Source: Candidatus Hydrogenedentota bacterium (GTDB lineage: Bacteria; Hydrogenedentota; Hydrogenedentia; Hydrogenedentales; SLHB01). From it: 64,000 nucleotides of DNA. Positions 1 through 9,110 of this stretch are shown piece by piece. Made by a program: the position numbers and the translations under genes. Under the pieces are notes generated by a model. It did not search any database, was not told where the DNA came from, and was given only the letters and a program-made list of their open reading frames with translations. Every line of letters starts with the position of its first letter. Within the stretch, counting starts at the first letter, position 1. Location: assembly GCA_963674865.2 (NCBI GenBank), contig CAXXYE010000003.1, positions 26,373 to 90,372 of the forward strand. Reading direction: 5' to 3'.

Positions 1-1
1 T

Positions 2-1159
2 GAAGCGGTCGAGGAGGGGACGCTTGACGCGCATAAGACGCTTACCACGGCCGACCTCCAGGAGGAGAAGTACTGGTTCTCCGGGATTAGCCTGGAACGG
101 GGCATGTCGGCCAAGAGCGGGGATGATTTCCTTGTGACGTTGGACAACGTTGCCGTGTACGAGTCGGGCGATGACAAGATCACCGTTTCGGGGGACGTCA
201 CCTTCTCACCGAGTTTCGACCTGACGGTCGATTTCGAGGCTTTGGCCGTGAAGGAGATCGCGTTTGAGTATGAAACCGATGTGGAGGCCAACATCGAGCT
301 CGACGCGGAGTTCAGCCATCAACTTCCGGAGACGTGGGAGGAGAGCATCGCGACCTTCGTGTTTAGCCCCATCGAGTTTTATATCGGCACCGTGCCCGTG
401 GTCCTCGTGCCTCAATTGGACCTCTCCTTGCAGGTGGATGGCGATGTGATCGCCGGCCTGTCGGCAAATGTAAGCGATGAGGGATCGCTCACGCTCACGG
501 CCTCCTACCAGGGCGGGACATGGACCACGGCGAGCGATATGTCCGGCGAGGCCTTTGACTATTCGCCGCTTACGGCGCCCGACGGAGGGGCCGCCGCTTC
601 CGTCGAGGCAGGCCCCGGCTTCAGTCTGCTCTTCTACGGCCTGGCCGGTTCCTACGGCAATGTTCAGGCGTTCATGGGCGTCGAGACGGCGATGGAAAAG
701 GCGGACGTCCAGTGGACGCTGACGGGGGGCTTCGACGGCTGCCTCGGCTTCGATGCCGCCCCTCTCAGCCAAGGCATTGCGGACTGTTCGCTCGCCACGC
801 CCTTGAACTACCGGACAACCATCGCGTCCGGGCCTACGGCGTACACGGATGTGACGGTCGAGGAGGGCTATCAACTCTGGCAGTCCGGGGTGTTTGTCCT
901 CGATGTGCGCACCACATCCGAATATGAGGCCGGCCATCTTCCCGGAGCGTACAATATCAACGTGAGCGAATTGCAGGGCCGTCTCGATGAGATCGACGAA
1001 CACAAGAACGACACGATCCTTGTGAATTGCAAGAGCGGCGGGCGAAGCGCGACGGCCTCTCAACTGCTGGCCGGCGCGGGCTTCACGAAGATCAAGAATA
1101 TGCTGGGCGGCTTCCTCGCGTGGGAAGACGAAGGCTATCCCGTCGAGTACGGCTCGTAA
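2..1159 (+). CDS. Rhodanese-domain protein, 5'-partial (frame stays open to the window start)
   Basis: ORF track gives 104..1159, but the same frame has no stop back to nt 2, so the start is probably upstream of the window. The C-terminal ~100 aa is a rhodanese fold (VLDVRTTSEYEAGHLPGAYNI ... VNCKSGGRSATAS Cys loop). Confidence 0.6.
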   Translation, partial: EAVEEGTLDAHKTLTTADLQEEKYWFSGISLERGMSAKSGDDFLVTLDNVAVYESGDDKITVSGDVTFSPSFDLTVDFEALAVKEIAFEYETDVEANIELDAEFSHQLPETWEESIATFVFSPIEFYIGTVPVVLVPQLDLSLQVDGDVIAGLSANVSDEGSLTLTASYQGGTWTTASDMSGEAFDYSPLTAPDGGAAASVEAGPGFSLLFYGLAGSYGNVQAFMGVETAMEKADVQWTLTGGFDGCLGFDAAPLSQGIADCSLATPLNYRTTIASGPTAYTDVTVEEGYQLWQSGVFVLDVRTTSEYEAGHLPGAYNINVSELQGRLDEIDEHKNDTILVNCKSGGRSATASQLLAGAGFTKIKNMLGGFLAWEDEGYPVEYGS

Positions 1160-1178
1160 ACCAAGCGCTAGGGGGGCG

Positions 1179-1607
1179 TCACTGCGTGGGCGCGTCCTCC
1201 CCTTGGCCCGCCCCGAGGGCGCGCGCGACGTTTGCCGGAAGGGGAACCGACTTCCCCGTCTTCTGATTGACGACGACGTGCGTCGTCCTCAGGGAGCAGG
1301 CGCGCCGGCCTTCGGCGTTATGAAACACGTAAGCGAGCGTGAACTTCCGGCGCCGGACCTTCTCGACGGTAACGGTGATCGTTACCGCCTCGCCGGCCCA
1401 AAGTGGCACGCGGTAGTCGCTCTCGGCATGCACCACGGGAATGATGTAGCCGCCTTCGCGGATCTCCCGGCCGAAGTTGATGCCCTGGCCGTCCATGAAG
1501 GCCTCATAGGCATCGTGGGCCAGGGCGAAGTAGTTCGCGAAGAAGAGCACGCCCGCCGCGTCCGTATCACGCAGTTTGATGCTCGTCTGGCACGTGAACG
1601 TAGTCAC
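1179..1607 (-). CDS. Hotdog-fold acyl-CoA thioesterase (4HBT/YbgC-like)
   Basis: 142 aa. N-terminal IKLRDTDAAGVLFFANYFALAHDAYEAF resembles the 4HBT-type Asp motif. Its start overlaps the stop of the upstream 1604..5029 gene by 4 nt, suggesting an operon. Confidence 0.6.
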   Translation of the reverse strand: MTTFTCQTSIKLRDTDAAGVLFFANYFALAHDAYEAFMDGQGINFGREIREGGYIIPVVHAESDYRVPLWAGEAVTITVTVEKVRRRKFTLAYVFHNAEGRRACSLRTTHVVVNQKTGKSVPLPANVARALGAGQGEDAPTQ

Positions 1608-4600
1608 TCCGCCGCCAACGCTTTCGTCAATGCCGCGGCCTCGGCCCGCATGCGCATGACTTCGCCGTAATCCATCTCATAATCACGCAGGAAGCGCGTG
1701 ATGTCGCCGAGGGCGAAGCCTTTGCGCGTAGCCTCCTCGATGCGCGCGCCCAGCAGCGCGCCGGCTTTGGCCACAAGTTCCGGCTTCCGGTTTGCGCTTT
1801 GGGCGGCATCGGCGGCGGCCTGGAGCATCATGAAAGCGCGCACGTCCTCGATCCCGTCGCGATAGGCTTCCCAGCGCCGGCTGATGACCTCGCTTTCCGG
1901 TGCGGCGTAGTTGGCGCCGTACTCGGAGCCGGCTTGGCGAAGGAAAAGGTCATTCCCGCCGTAAGCGGCTCCGCTGTAAAGCTGCGTCCAGAAGCCCGTC
2001 CCGGACAGGCCCAGTTGATAAGCCATCCACGAATTGGCCCGGTAGTAGCCGAGCGGCCTGAGGAGCTTCACGTCCCCCGGCGCTTCATAGCACCATACGG
2101 GCTTGCCCGTGTCCAGGAAGAACGTGGCCATCTCGCGCGAACGCCTGAGCATGCCCTGCTCGGGGCACCACACGTCTACCAGCGGCACCATGCAGGCCAT
2201 GGTTTCGGGCGTTACGAAGCCGGAAGGATTCGCGTAGATGGGCGCCTCGGGCATGGCCTCGCGAAAGTGGGAGGCGATGACTCTGAACCGCTCGATGCGC
2301 GTGCCGCCGTAGAGGCCCGGCTCGTCTACCGGATACAAGGCCCACCGATCGCGCCCCCAGTCCTTGGCGGCGAGGTGGGCGTCGAGCTGTTGAAGCCACG
2401 CCCGCTCGGCTTTGACATGCACCGGGCCGAAGCGCTCGACTTCAGCGGGAGTGCGCACGCCGTCGCCCGTGATGAGAATGACGCCGTCGGGGCCGATCAG
2501 GTCGAGGTCCTCGTCAAACGCCGTCCAATCGACTTTGCCCGTCAGCTTGCCTCGGCCATCGCACTTGGGCGCCGGCGCTCCCATGACATGCACGTTCATG
2601 CCATGTTCACGCGCCACGGCAATGGCGCTCATGTCGAGTCCCGAGCCTCGGAAGCGCTGCGGCGAAGACCAGTTGCAGCTACGCCAATCCGGTGCATCAG
2701 CCAAATCCAGAGCGTCCACTTGCGCGCGCAAGGTGAGGGACACCGTGAAATCATCCCATCCCAGCGGCAGCAAGAGAACGGGCAAGTCCGTCGTTCCTGT
2801 CTCGAGCGCCTTGCCGTTGAACGTCATCCAGAGCCGGCGCACTTCGCCCGGGGCAATGCGAAGCGTCCACGCCTGATTCATGTGGGCAAGGGCGTCGTCC
2901 ACCGATGTCCCGTTGGCGCGCGGCGTCTCGACGACCTCGTAGAAGAGCACGCCCGCGAGGGTGGACTCCTCAGGCCGCACCTGCAGGATGACGGGCTCCT
3001 GCTGGATGTTGGCCAAGCACAGGCAGCGGCTCTCGTATTCCCCGCCGTACATGGCGGCTTCCACCGTGGGATCGGCGGAAAGCGCCGCGTCGTCCAGCAG
3101 TGCAGGCGTCTCATCCCACGGATTCGGATCCTCCCACACGGCCACCGGCGCGCCCGGGCGGATCGTGTTGGCGGCGACGGTTACACGCGCCAGCGCCACA
3201 TCCATATCGATGCCCGCCCGGAAGGCCTGAATCTCTTCGAGCAGGGCGTCCGCGTTGGGCGCGCTGGTGAAGTCGAGTTCGCGCGCCCTCCGTTCGAGAG
3301 CATCGAGGGTCGCCTGACGCCGCGCGATGCGTTCGCGCAGCAGCAGACGCGCACCGAAGGCCTCCTGCGGCAGTGCATCAGCCTTGTCAGCGAGTTTTGC
3401 CAGAGACGCGTCCACTTCCTTGGCAAACTGTTTGAATCCCGCGAGTTTCACCTCCGCCTGCCACGCGCTCATGGGCCGCCAATCCTCGGGCGAATACACC
3501 TGGATGCGAATCGTGTGCTTGCCGGGGCCGACGAGGTCGATGGGCAGGCGTTCGGGCAAGTCGGCGGGGGCCAGATCGAGTACGCGAGCGAAGCGCCTGC
3601 TGCTCGCGTCCATCGTGGCTACTTCGACGACCACCCGCTCGCCCTCGTAATCAGGCCACGAGACTGCCACCTCGTTCGTTCCCCACGTTGGGGGAGAGGC
3701 CCACGCGGCGTCGAGGACGCCGGGACGGCCTTCCGGCGGCGACGGGAGCCGCGGGTTTTTCAGAGGTACGCATCCCTGGCGGGCGTCGTCGTAGCGCTGA
3801 CTCATCCAAGGCGCCCGCGCACCTTGCGCTTTGCCGCCGAACGTGAAGCAGCGTACCAGCCCTTGTCTGGAGCCGGAGAGGATGATGTCGAGCCCGCCGT
3901 CCTTGTCCACGTCGGCCACGAGGGGCGCGCAGTCGGCGCCTCCGGGCATTTCGTATGCGCCAAGTACGCTCCCATGCTCATCGAGGACGAACCAGGACTT
4001 GCCGTCCTCGTTGGTATCGCGGACGGCGCCGATGATTTCGCACCGGCCGTCAGCGTTGATATCGACCACCGCGGCCGTCCAGAAATAGGCGTGGCCGCCG
4101 GTGGTTGTCTTCCAGCGTTCCGTACCATCGCCGCTGAAGCAGTAGATGGTGTTCGAGCGAAGGGGCAGGATGACTTCATTCGAGCCGTCCCCTTCGATAT
4201 CGGCGATGGCGGCGGCCGTGTAACCGTGTAGATTGAGCCGCGCGTCCCACACCAGGGCGCCGTCGCCCGCATCCAGTACGACGAGGCGGCTGTTGGGATT
4301 GTTGTAACTCGTATTGATGGCGACCTCGTAGTCCCCGTCGCCGTCCAGATCGCCGATGGTGGGATTGGTGCGCGCGAATTGACTTTCCTGTTGGGCCAGC
4401 CAGCGGAGTCCGCCGTCCGGGCCCAAAGCGACCACGTGGTCATTCTCCGTGCCGTATACGATCATGGCGGCGCGGCCCTCAGGCCCGAGCGCCACCGCCG
4501 CCGGCGACACGCGGTACGGATCCACCTTCACGCGCCAGAGGAGTTTGCCGTCGCCGCTGAGGCAGTTCATATAGCCTGCGATGTCGCCGCAAATCACCTC

Positions 4601-5029
4601 GCGTATCCCGTCGCCGTCCAGGTCGGGCAGGACGGGCGCGCTCCAATCCTGCACCTTGCCCATGAGGGGATGCCGCCACAGTTCCACGCCCTTGCCGTCG
4701 AGCGCCACCACTTCCCCTGCTCGCGTGGCCGTCACGATCTCCGGCGTGCCGTCACCGTCGAGGTCGCCGACGGCGGGCGTCGCGTCGGCGATCTCTCCCA
4801 GGTCGGTTGCCCAGACTAACTGTCCGTGTCCGTCGAGCGATATGATCTTGCCGGGGCGCTCGATGATGATGATGTTCTCCGGCGACTCGATGCCCGGATA
4901 GAGCACGGGCGTTCCGGAGGTTTCCTCAGCGCAGTCGTATTCCCACACGAGTTCGGGCGCGGGGAGCACGGCCGGCTGGCCGCTGGTGAGTGAGGCCACA
5001 AGACAAAGACTGACGGCGATGGCGTTCAC
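1604..5029 (-). CDS. Secreted FG-GAP/beta-propeller protein fused to a DUF4091-like glycoside-hydrolase-like C-terminal region
   Basis: 1141 aa. N-terminal signal-like MNAIAVSLCLVASLTSG. Repeated DLDGDGxxE FG-GAP/VCBS motifs (DLDGDGTPEIV, DLDGDGIREVI, DLDGDGDYEVA, DINADGRCEII, DVDKDGGLDII). Long non-repetitive C-terminal half. Confidence 0.5.
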   Translation of the reverse strand: MNAIAVSLCLVASLTSGQPAVLPAPELVWEYDCAEETSGTPVLYPGIESPENIIIIERPGKIISLDGHGQLVWATDLGEIADATPAVGDLDGDGTPEIVTATRAGEVVALDGKGVELWRHPLMGKVQDWSAPVLPDLDGDGIREVICGDIAGYMNCLSGDGKLLWRVKVDPYRVSPAAVALGPEGRAAMIVYGTENDHVVALGPDGGLRWLAQQESQFARTNPTIGDLDGDGDYEVAINTSYNNPNSRLVVLDAGDGALVWDARLNLHGYTAAAIADIEGDGSNEVILPLRSNTIYCFSGDGTERWKTTTGGHAYFWTAAVVDINADGRCEIIGAVRDTNEDGKSWFVLDEHGSVLGAYEMPGGADCAPLVADVDKDGGLDIILSGSRQGLVRCFTFGGKAQGARAPWMSQRYDDARQGCVPLKNPRLPSPPEGRPGVLDAAWASPPTWGTNEVAVSWPDYEGERVVVEVATMDASSRRFARVLDLAPADLPERLPIDLVGPGKHTIRIQVYSPEDWRPMSAWQAEVKLAGFKQFAKEVDASLAKLADKADALPQEAFGARLLLRERIARRQATLDALERRARELDFTSAPNADALLEEIQAFRAGIDMDVALARVTVAANTIRPGAPVAVWEDPNPWDETPALLDDAALSADPTVEAAMYGGEYESRCLCLANIQQEPVILQVRPEESTLAGVLFYEVVETPRANGTSVDDALAHMNQAWTLRIAPGEVRRLWMTFNGKALETGTTDLPVLLLPLGWDDFTVSLTLRAQVDALDLADAPDWRSCNWSSPQRFRGSGLDMSAIAVAREHGMNVHVMGAPAPKCDGRGKLTGKVDWTAFDEDLDLIGPDGVILITGDGVRTPAEVERFGPVHVKAERAWLQQLDAHLAAKDWGRDRWALYPVDEPGLYGGTRIERFRVIASHFREAMPEAPIYANPSGFVTPETMACMVPLVDVWCPEQGMLRRSREMATFFLDTGKPVWCYEAPGDVKLLRPLGYYRANSWMAYQLGLSGTGFWTQLYSGAAYGGNDLFLRQAGSEYGANYAAPESEVISRRWEAYRDGIEDVRAFMMLQAAADAAQSANRKPELVAKAGALLGARIEEATRKGFALGDITRFLRDYEMDYGEVMRMRAEAAALTKALAAE

Positions 5030-5072
5030 TGGATCATTCTCCTTTTTCGATGCCGCTTCGGCGTATTTCGCG

Positions 5073-6332
5073 CTAGGATTTCAGGAAATCCCAGAAATTG
5101 CCGCCCAGGAGTCGGGCGACGTCGCGCGCGATTTCATCCTTCGTAAGCGTCCAGCCCGTGGCCACCATGTCGGCGTACTTGTCGCCAAGCACGTCGGCGA
5201 TGATAGCCCGGGAATGCGTCCATTTGTAGATAAGCTGATCCAGGATGCGGCAGTCCGAGTGCTGCGGCACGACGCTCAGGCCGAGGAGCTCGAAGCGCAT
5301 CCGCGTGATCTCCTCGATCAGGCTCGGATCGTTGAGAAACCACCAGCACCCGAACAGGCACAAGTTGCGGAACTTCCGCGCCGCCACGCAGCAGGCATGC
5401 TGGTTCTCGCGGGCGAGCATCGTAAGCATGAATTTATTGTCCGGATAATCCGCGCACAGGCTCTCCACGGCGCCCACGTCCCCGTAGCCGACGCCGTCCG
5501 CGGCCAAACGCAGCGGCGGGTTGACGTTGCGCTTCACGCCGATCATCATCGCGAAAGGCACGTTGTGCTCGCGCGCCACGGGCAGCACGCACTCGGTGAT
5601 GAGCGTCGTCCGGGACGTTTCATCCGGGAACGCGAACGTCGGCGGCAGCGAGACGGCCATGTAGAGGGCCTTGATACGCGTCAGCCACTCATCGAGGAAG
5701 CGGCGCACCTCGCTCCGCGTCTCGACGCCCAGCGATTCCTCCACGGCGTATCCCCAGCCCTTCAGGCACTCGCACGCCCGCGGCCAATCCGTGAGGAGGG
5801 GGTCGATACGCAACGCCGCATGGAAGCGCGGATCTCCCTCGACGCCCGTTTCCCATAGGGGCCGCTCCAGATCATCGAAGGGGTCATTCGTCATGACGAC
5901 GGACTCGATATGGGCCGTCTTGAAGACGGTGTCGACGTAGTCCTCCACCGCCTGCTCGGCGAAGTACGCGCGGTACGCATCCAGATCGCGCGCGGCCACG
6001 TCCAGGCCCAGCTTGTTCAGCACGGTAAGGACGCCCCGGCACGCCTCGCTGATGGGCGAGCGCTCAACGAACAGCTCCTGCCAGATCAAGTCGGCCTGCT
6101 CGCGCTTGCTCATGGCGTAATAGGCGTCGTACGCCACGTCCGACGCACGCAGAGTTTCCGCGATGAGATAGTGGTACGTGATCAGCTCATCCACGCCCCA
6201 CAACAGCAACTCGCCGAACGGCGGGCTGTACAGGTGCGTGTGAATATCCGTCACCGGCGTGTCCTGCACCACTTGGCGGACGGCTGCGCGCATTTCCTCG
6301 GTTTGGCTCTGTTGGAATGGGCCTTCGGACAT
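5073..6332 (-). CDS. Glucuronate-isomerase-like amidohydrolase-fold protein
   Basis: PVTDIHTHLYSP metal-binding start, ITYHYLIAE and VVMTNDPFDD resemble the UxaC family layout. ATG at 6332 is preferred (GAGGAG 11 nt upstream) over the GTG at 6353. Confidence 0.45.
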   Translation of the reverse strand: MSEGPFQQSQTEEMRAAVRQVVQDTPVTDIHTHLYSPPFGELLLWGVDELITYHYLIAETLRASDVAYDAYYAMSKREQADLIWQELFVERSPISEACRGVLTVLNKLGLDVAARDLDAYRAYFAEQAVEDYVDTVFKTAHIESVVMTNDPFDDLERPLWETGVEGDPRFHAALRIDPLLTDWPRACECLKGWGYAVEESLGVETRSEVRRFLDEWLTRIKALYMAVSLPPTFAFPDETSRTTLITECVLPVAREHNVPFAMMIGVKRNVNPPLRLAADGVGYGDVGAVESLCADYPDNKFMLTMLARENQHACCVAARKFRNLCLFGCWWFLNDPSLIEEITRMRFELLGLSVVPQHSDCRILDQLIYKWTHSRAIIADVLGDKYADMVATGWTLTKDEIARDVARLLGGNFWDFLKS

Positions 6333-6668
6333 GATAACAACGGCTCCTCTCACGATGCTGTGGTGGATATACTTGCGCCGCCCGTAGCATACCGCAGCCG
6401 CCTCCAGCGGGGCAATTCGCGATCTTGCGGCGCCGACATCTTGCCGGCACGCGGAAGGCGAGACGCCTTCCGCGCAGCTACCGAGACGGTGGCGCTACTG
6501 TAGTCCGCCGAAGGGGCCTGCGTCAGTTTCCGGGATATTCCCGTCCAATGCGGCCTTCTCAAGGGGACCTCGCTCCGGTAGAAGTGTGGCCTGAACCTGC
6601 GGTTCCTGGTGGGATGCGGGAACGGGCCTCCTGTCGGTGGGGCGTGTGCATAGCCCGCCGTGGCGAAA

Positions 6669-6889
6669 GCCCCGAACGGGGCGGCCGCGACTGCCATCAC
6701 CGCAAGACGGATTTCAGGCAGGAATTCAGAGCGCTGTTGAAGGCCCACGGCGTGGATTTTCGACGAGGAATACTCTTGGCTGTGAAGTGAGAACGCTGTC
6801 GCCCCGTTCGGGGCTCTTGATGGAAAGGTCCCGTGTCCGTGGGCTCGCTTCGCTCACCCACGGCTACACGCGAGCGCCCCGTTCGGGGC
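6669..6889. repeat. Three copies of a 14-nt GC palindrome GCCCCG(TT/AA)CGGGGC
   Basis: Copies at 6669..6682, 6801..6814 and 6876..6889. Each is a perfect 6-bp stem with a 2-nt centre. The last copy overlaps the 5' half of the degenerate terminal CRISPR repeat. Confidence 0.7.
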
Positions 6890-7707
6890 GCCGGGCAATC
6901 GCCGCTCAGGTATACTCGGAGGGATTATACAGATGCTCGTCATTCGGCTGTGGTTTGAGGGCAATCGCCGCTCAGGTATACTCCGCCCGATAAGCTCATC
7001 GCCCCGAACCGTGCTGTGGTTTGAGGGCAATCGCCGCTCAGGTATACTCCGAGCTTGTCTTGCTTAGCAAGGCGCAAGCTGTGGTTTGAGGGCAATCGCC
7101 GCTCAGGTATACTGACGGCCGCGTCGGCAGCGTTGTTGAACAGGCTGTGGTTTGAGGGCAATCGCCGCTCAGGTATACTGACGGCCGCGTCGGCAGCGTT
7201 GTTGAACAGGCTGTGGTTTGAGGGCAATCGCCGCTCAGGTATACTGACGGGCAGGTCGGAGACGGCCTGGAAGGAGCTGTGGTTTGAGGGCAATCGCCGC
7301 TCAGGTATACTACGCGGGGAACTCGTTGTGCGCGTCCGGAGGCTGTGGTTTGAGGGCAATCGCCGCTCAGGTATACTCTTGTCGGCCGAGCATAGACCAG
7401 TGTCGCCGCTGTGGTTTGAGGGCAATCGCCGCTCAGGTATACTCGACACCGGTTCCGTTCCATTGTTCCCGGTGCTGTGGTTTGAGGGCAATCGCCGCTC
7501 AGGTATACTCCGTTGCGGGTGTTGCGCAATAGACGCGACGCTGTGGTTTGAGGGCAATCGCCGCTCAGGTATACTCGACCTCATTATCTCGCATCCTGTA
7601 GTCGAGCTGTGGTTTGAGGGCAATCGCCGCTCAGGTATACTGAGTTCGCGCTGTGGTACGGCGAAAATCAGGCTGTGGTTTGAGGGCAATCGCCGCTCAG
7701 GTATACT
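6881..7707 (+). CRISPR. CRISPR array, 36-bp repeats, 12 spacers (type II-C associated)
   Basis: 12 perfect repeats GCTGTGGTTTGAGGGCAATCGCCGCTCAGGTATACT start at 6947, 7013, 7078, 7144, 7210, 7276, 7342, 7408, 7474, 7540, 7606 and 7672. A 5'-degenerate copy lies at 6881..6916 (last 24 nt identical). Spacers are 29-30 bp. The plus strand is inferred as crRNA sense from the tracrRNA anti-repeat. Confidence 0.97.
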
Positions 7708-7713
7708 TAAACT

Positions 7714-7738
7714 CCCTGTAAATGCTTTATTTACAGGG
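7714..7738 (+). terminator. Hairpin immediately downstream of the last CRISPR repeat
   Basis: CCCTGTAAA-tgcttta-TTTACAGGG is a perfect 9-bp stem with a 7-nt loop, followed by GGTTTCC (weak U tract). It could stop read-through from the array toward cas2. Confidence 0.45.
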
Positions 7739-7873
7739 GGTTTCCTGGCATTTGGCGCTGAAAAACCTGCCTGAAACCGCGGTTCTTGGCGGGGTGCGGC
7801 CGGAAAACATCTGCCTTCCATTTCGAAAACCGGCACTTCGGCCCGCTCATTCGGCGGCGCATTGGCCGCAGCC

Positions 7874-8218
7874 TCAGAAGAGCATCATCTGGGGCGGGGG
7901 CTCCTCGGGACTCTCCCGCCTCTTTCCGTGAAATACATCCATCTTCCCAAACTGGTGGTCCGTTACGGCAAGGAGGCGGACATGCCCGCCGGATGGAATG
8001 GCCTGTCTCACCCGTTTGCGATGCACCTTGCTCGCCTCTTCGCTTCCGAAGTACCGAGCGTATACGGAGAACTGCATCATCAGAAAACCGTTCTGCAAGA
8101 GCGTTCTGCGGAAGCGAACGTAGTTCCGCTTCCCCTCGGGCGTATCCACCGGTAGATCGAACATCGCGAAAAGCCACATCCCCCGATACTCCGATATTGC
8201 CAAGCCGCCCTGCGCCAC
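7874..8218 (-). CDS. cas2: CRISPR-associated endoribonuclease Cas2 (type II)
   Basis: ISEYRGMWLFAMFDLPVDTPEGKRNYVRFRRTLLQNGFLMMQFSVYARY is a typical type II Cas2 N-terminus. The GTG at 8218 lies 1 nt after the cas1 stop; an alternative ATG is at 8179. The longer track ORF (to 8302) overlaps cas1 and is rejected. Confidence 0.85.
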   Translation of the reverse strand: MAQGGLAISEYRGMWLFAMFDLPVDTPEGKRNYVRFRRTLLQNGFLMMQFSVYARYFGSEEASKVHRKRVRQAIPSGGHVRLLAVTDHQFGKMDVFHGKRRESPEEPPPQMMLF

Positions 8219-8219
8219 C

Positions 8220-9110
8220 TCACACCTCCGGCAGCGCCAGATCCCGCCGCTCGCCGGCGAAGACTTGCGCCAAGGAAGCCGACATCCGCGCCGCGATGTC
8301 AAAGAGGGAGCGCTCCTCGCCCTTCAGCGTATACCGCGCCCCCAGCGCCCTGAGCAAGGCGCCCTTCGCCTCTTTGTCCAGCGGCCCCGCCGCGCCCTTT
8401 TCCCAAACGTGCCGCGCTACCGCCCTATCGACCACGGGCCGGTACGGCTCCATGAGGTCATCCGCCAGCCGGTAGGCGTCGTAGCGGTTGTGATGGTGCA
8501 ATCCGAGCGATGGGTGCAGGCCCGCGCCGCAGATGGCGCGCGCCACGATCGCGCGCAGTACGCCATAGCCGTAGTTCAATTGAGCGTTCTGATCTTCCGC
8601 ATCGCGGTTGCGGCGAAATCCGGGATCGTTGAACAGCGCGGGCCAATACCGCCGCGACGCCTGCCCCTCGATATTCTGCGTGTCCCCCGACTTCACCTTT
8701 TCCGCCCAAGCCAACAGGCCGCGATCATCTCCGTGCAAGTTTTCGAGCAGCCGCCCCTGCGCGCGCACCTTGGCGCGGATAATCTGCTGCCAGAGCCGCT
8801 TACACGTCGGCCGCGACGCCTCGGCCTGCTGCGCGAACCGCTCCGATTGCAGGTGATGCCCTTCGATGGGCAGCATCATAGCCACCGGCATATGCCGCTC
8901 GTCGCACGCCACGAACACGCCCCCCGCTTGGGCGAGTCCCGCCAGCACCGCCTGAGTGAAGATCACTTGCCGGTGCGACACAATGAGTACGGCCAGCTCC
9001 TCCAGAGGCAGCGTGGTTTCGCCGCCGTCCCGCTGGAGAATCACCAGCAATCCCATTCGCACCGCGAGCTTGGCGGGCCTTTCCGATAGATCAAGAACGG
9101 TATCAGTCAT
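8220..9110 (-). CDS. cas1: CRISPR-associated integrase Cas1 (type II)
   Basis: 296 aa. It overlaps the cas9 stop by 8 nt. Typical Cas1 features include the LNYGYGVLRA, HHHNRYDAYRLADDLMEPYRP region with the conserved His and acidic residues. Confidence 0.92.
   Translation of the reverse strand: MTDTVLDLSERPAKLAVRMGLLVILQRDGGETTLPLEELAVLIVSHRQVIFTQAVLAGLAQAGGVFVACDERHMPVAMMLPIEGHHLQSERFAQQAEASRPTCKRLWQQIIRAKVRAQGRLLENLHGDDRGLLAWAEKVKSGDTQNIEGQASRRYWPALFNDPGFRRNRDAEDQNAQLNYGYGVLRAIVARAICGAGLHPSLGLHHHNRYDAYRLADDLMEPYRPVVDRAVARHVWEKGAAGPLDKEAKGALLRALGARYTLKGEERSLFDIAARMSASLAQVFAGERRDLALPEV

Noticed and set aside
1799-4231. An 810-aa plus-strand ORF and many similar long antisense ORFs (for example 35023..36972 +, 40023..41450 -, 42784..43926 -, 46186..47421 -, 49808..51193 -, 14398..15669 +).
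   Set aside because: They lie opposite genes with clear family motifs and are Arg/Gly/Ala/Pro-rich with no recognisable motifs. These are typical stop-poor antisense frames in high-GC DNA.
6350-6880. Several 80-130-aa ORFs between the isomerase-like gene and the array. One stretch reads QEFRALLKAHGVDF, then DEEYSWL* in the +1 frame (6715..6790).
   Set aside because: No intact gene is present. The stretch may be the frameshifted C-terminal remnant of some repeat-associated gene, but I cannot identify the family from memory, so no call is made.
6940-7836. Long ORFs across the CRISPR array (298 aa minus strand, 239 aa plus strand, and others) with periodic peptides such as SIPERRLPSNHS / LWFEGNRRSGIL.
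   Set aside because: The periodic peptides are simply the 36-bp repeat translated every 66 nt. This is not coding sequence.
7708-7873. A tracrRNA or anti-repeat between cas2 and the array, a common position in type II loci.
   Set aside because: No stretch complementary to the repeat occurs there. The only anti-repeat found is at 12310..12345.
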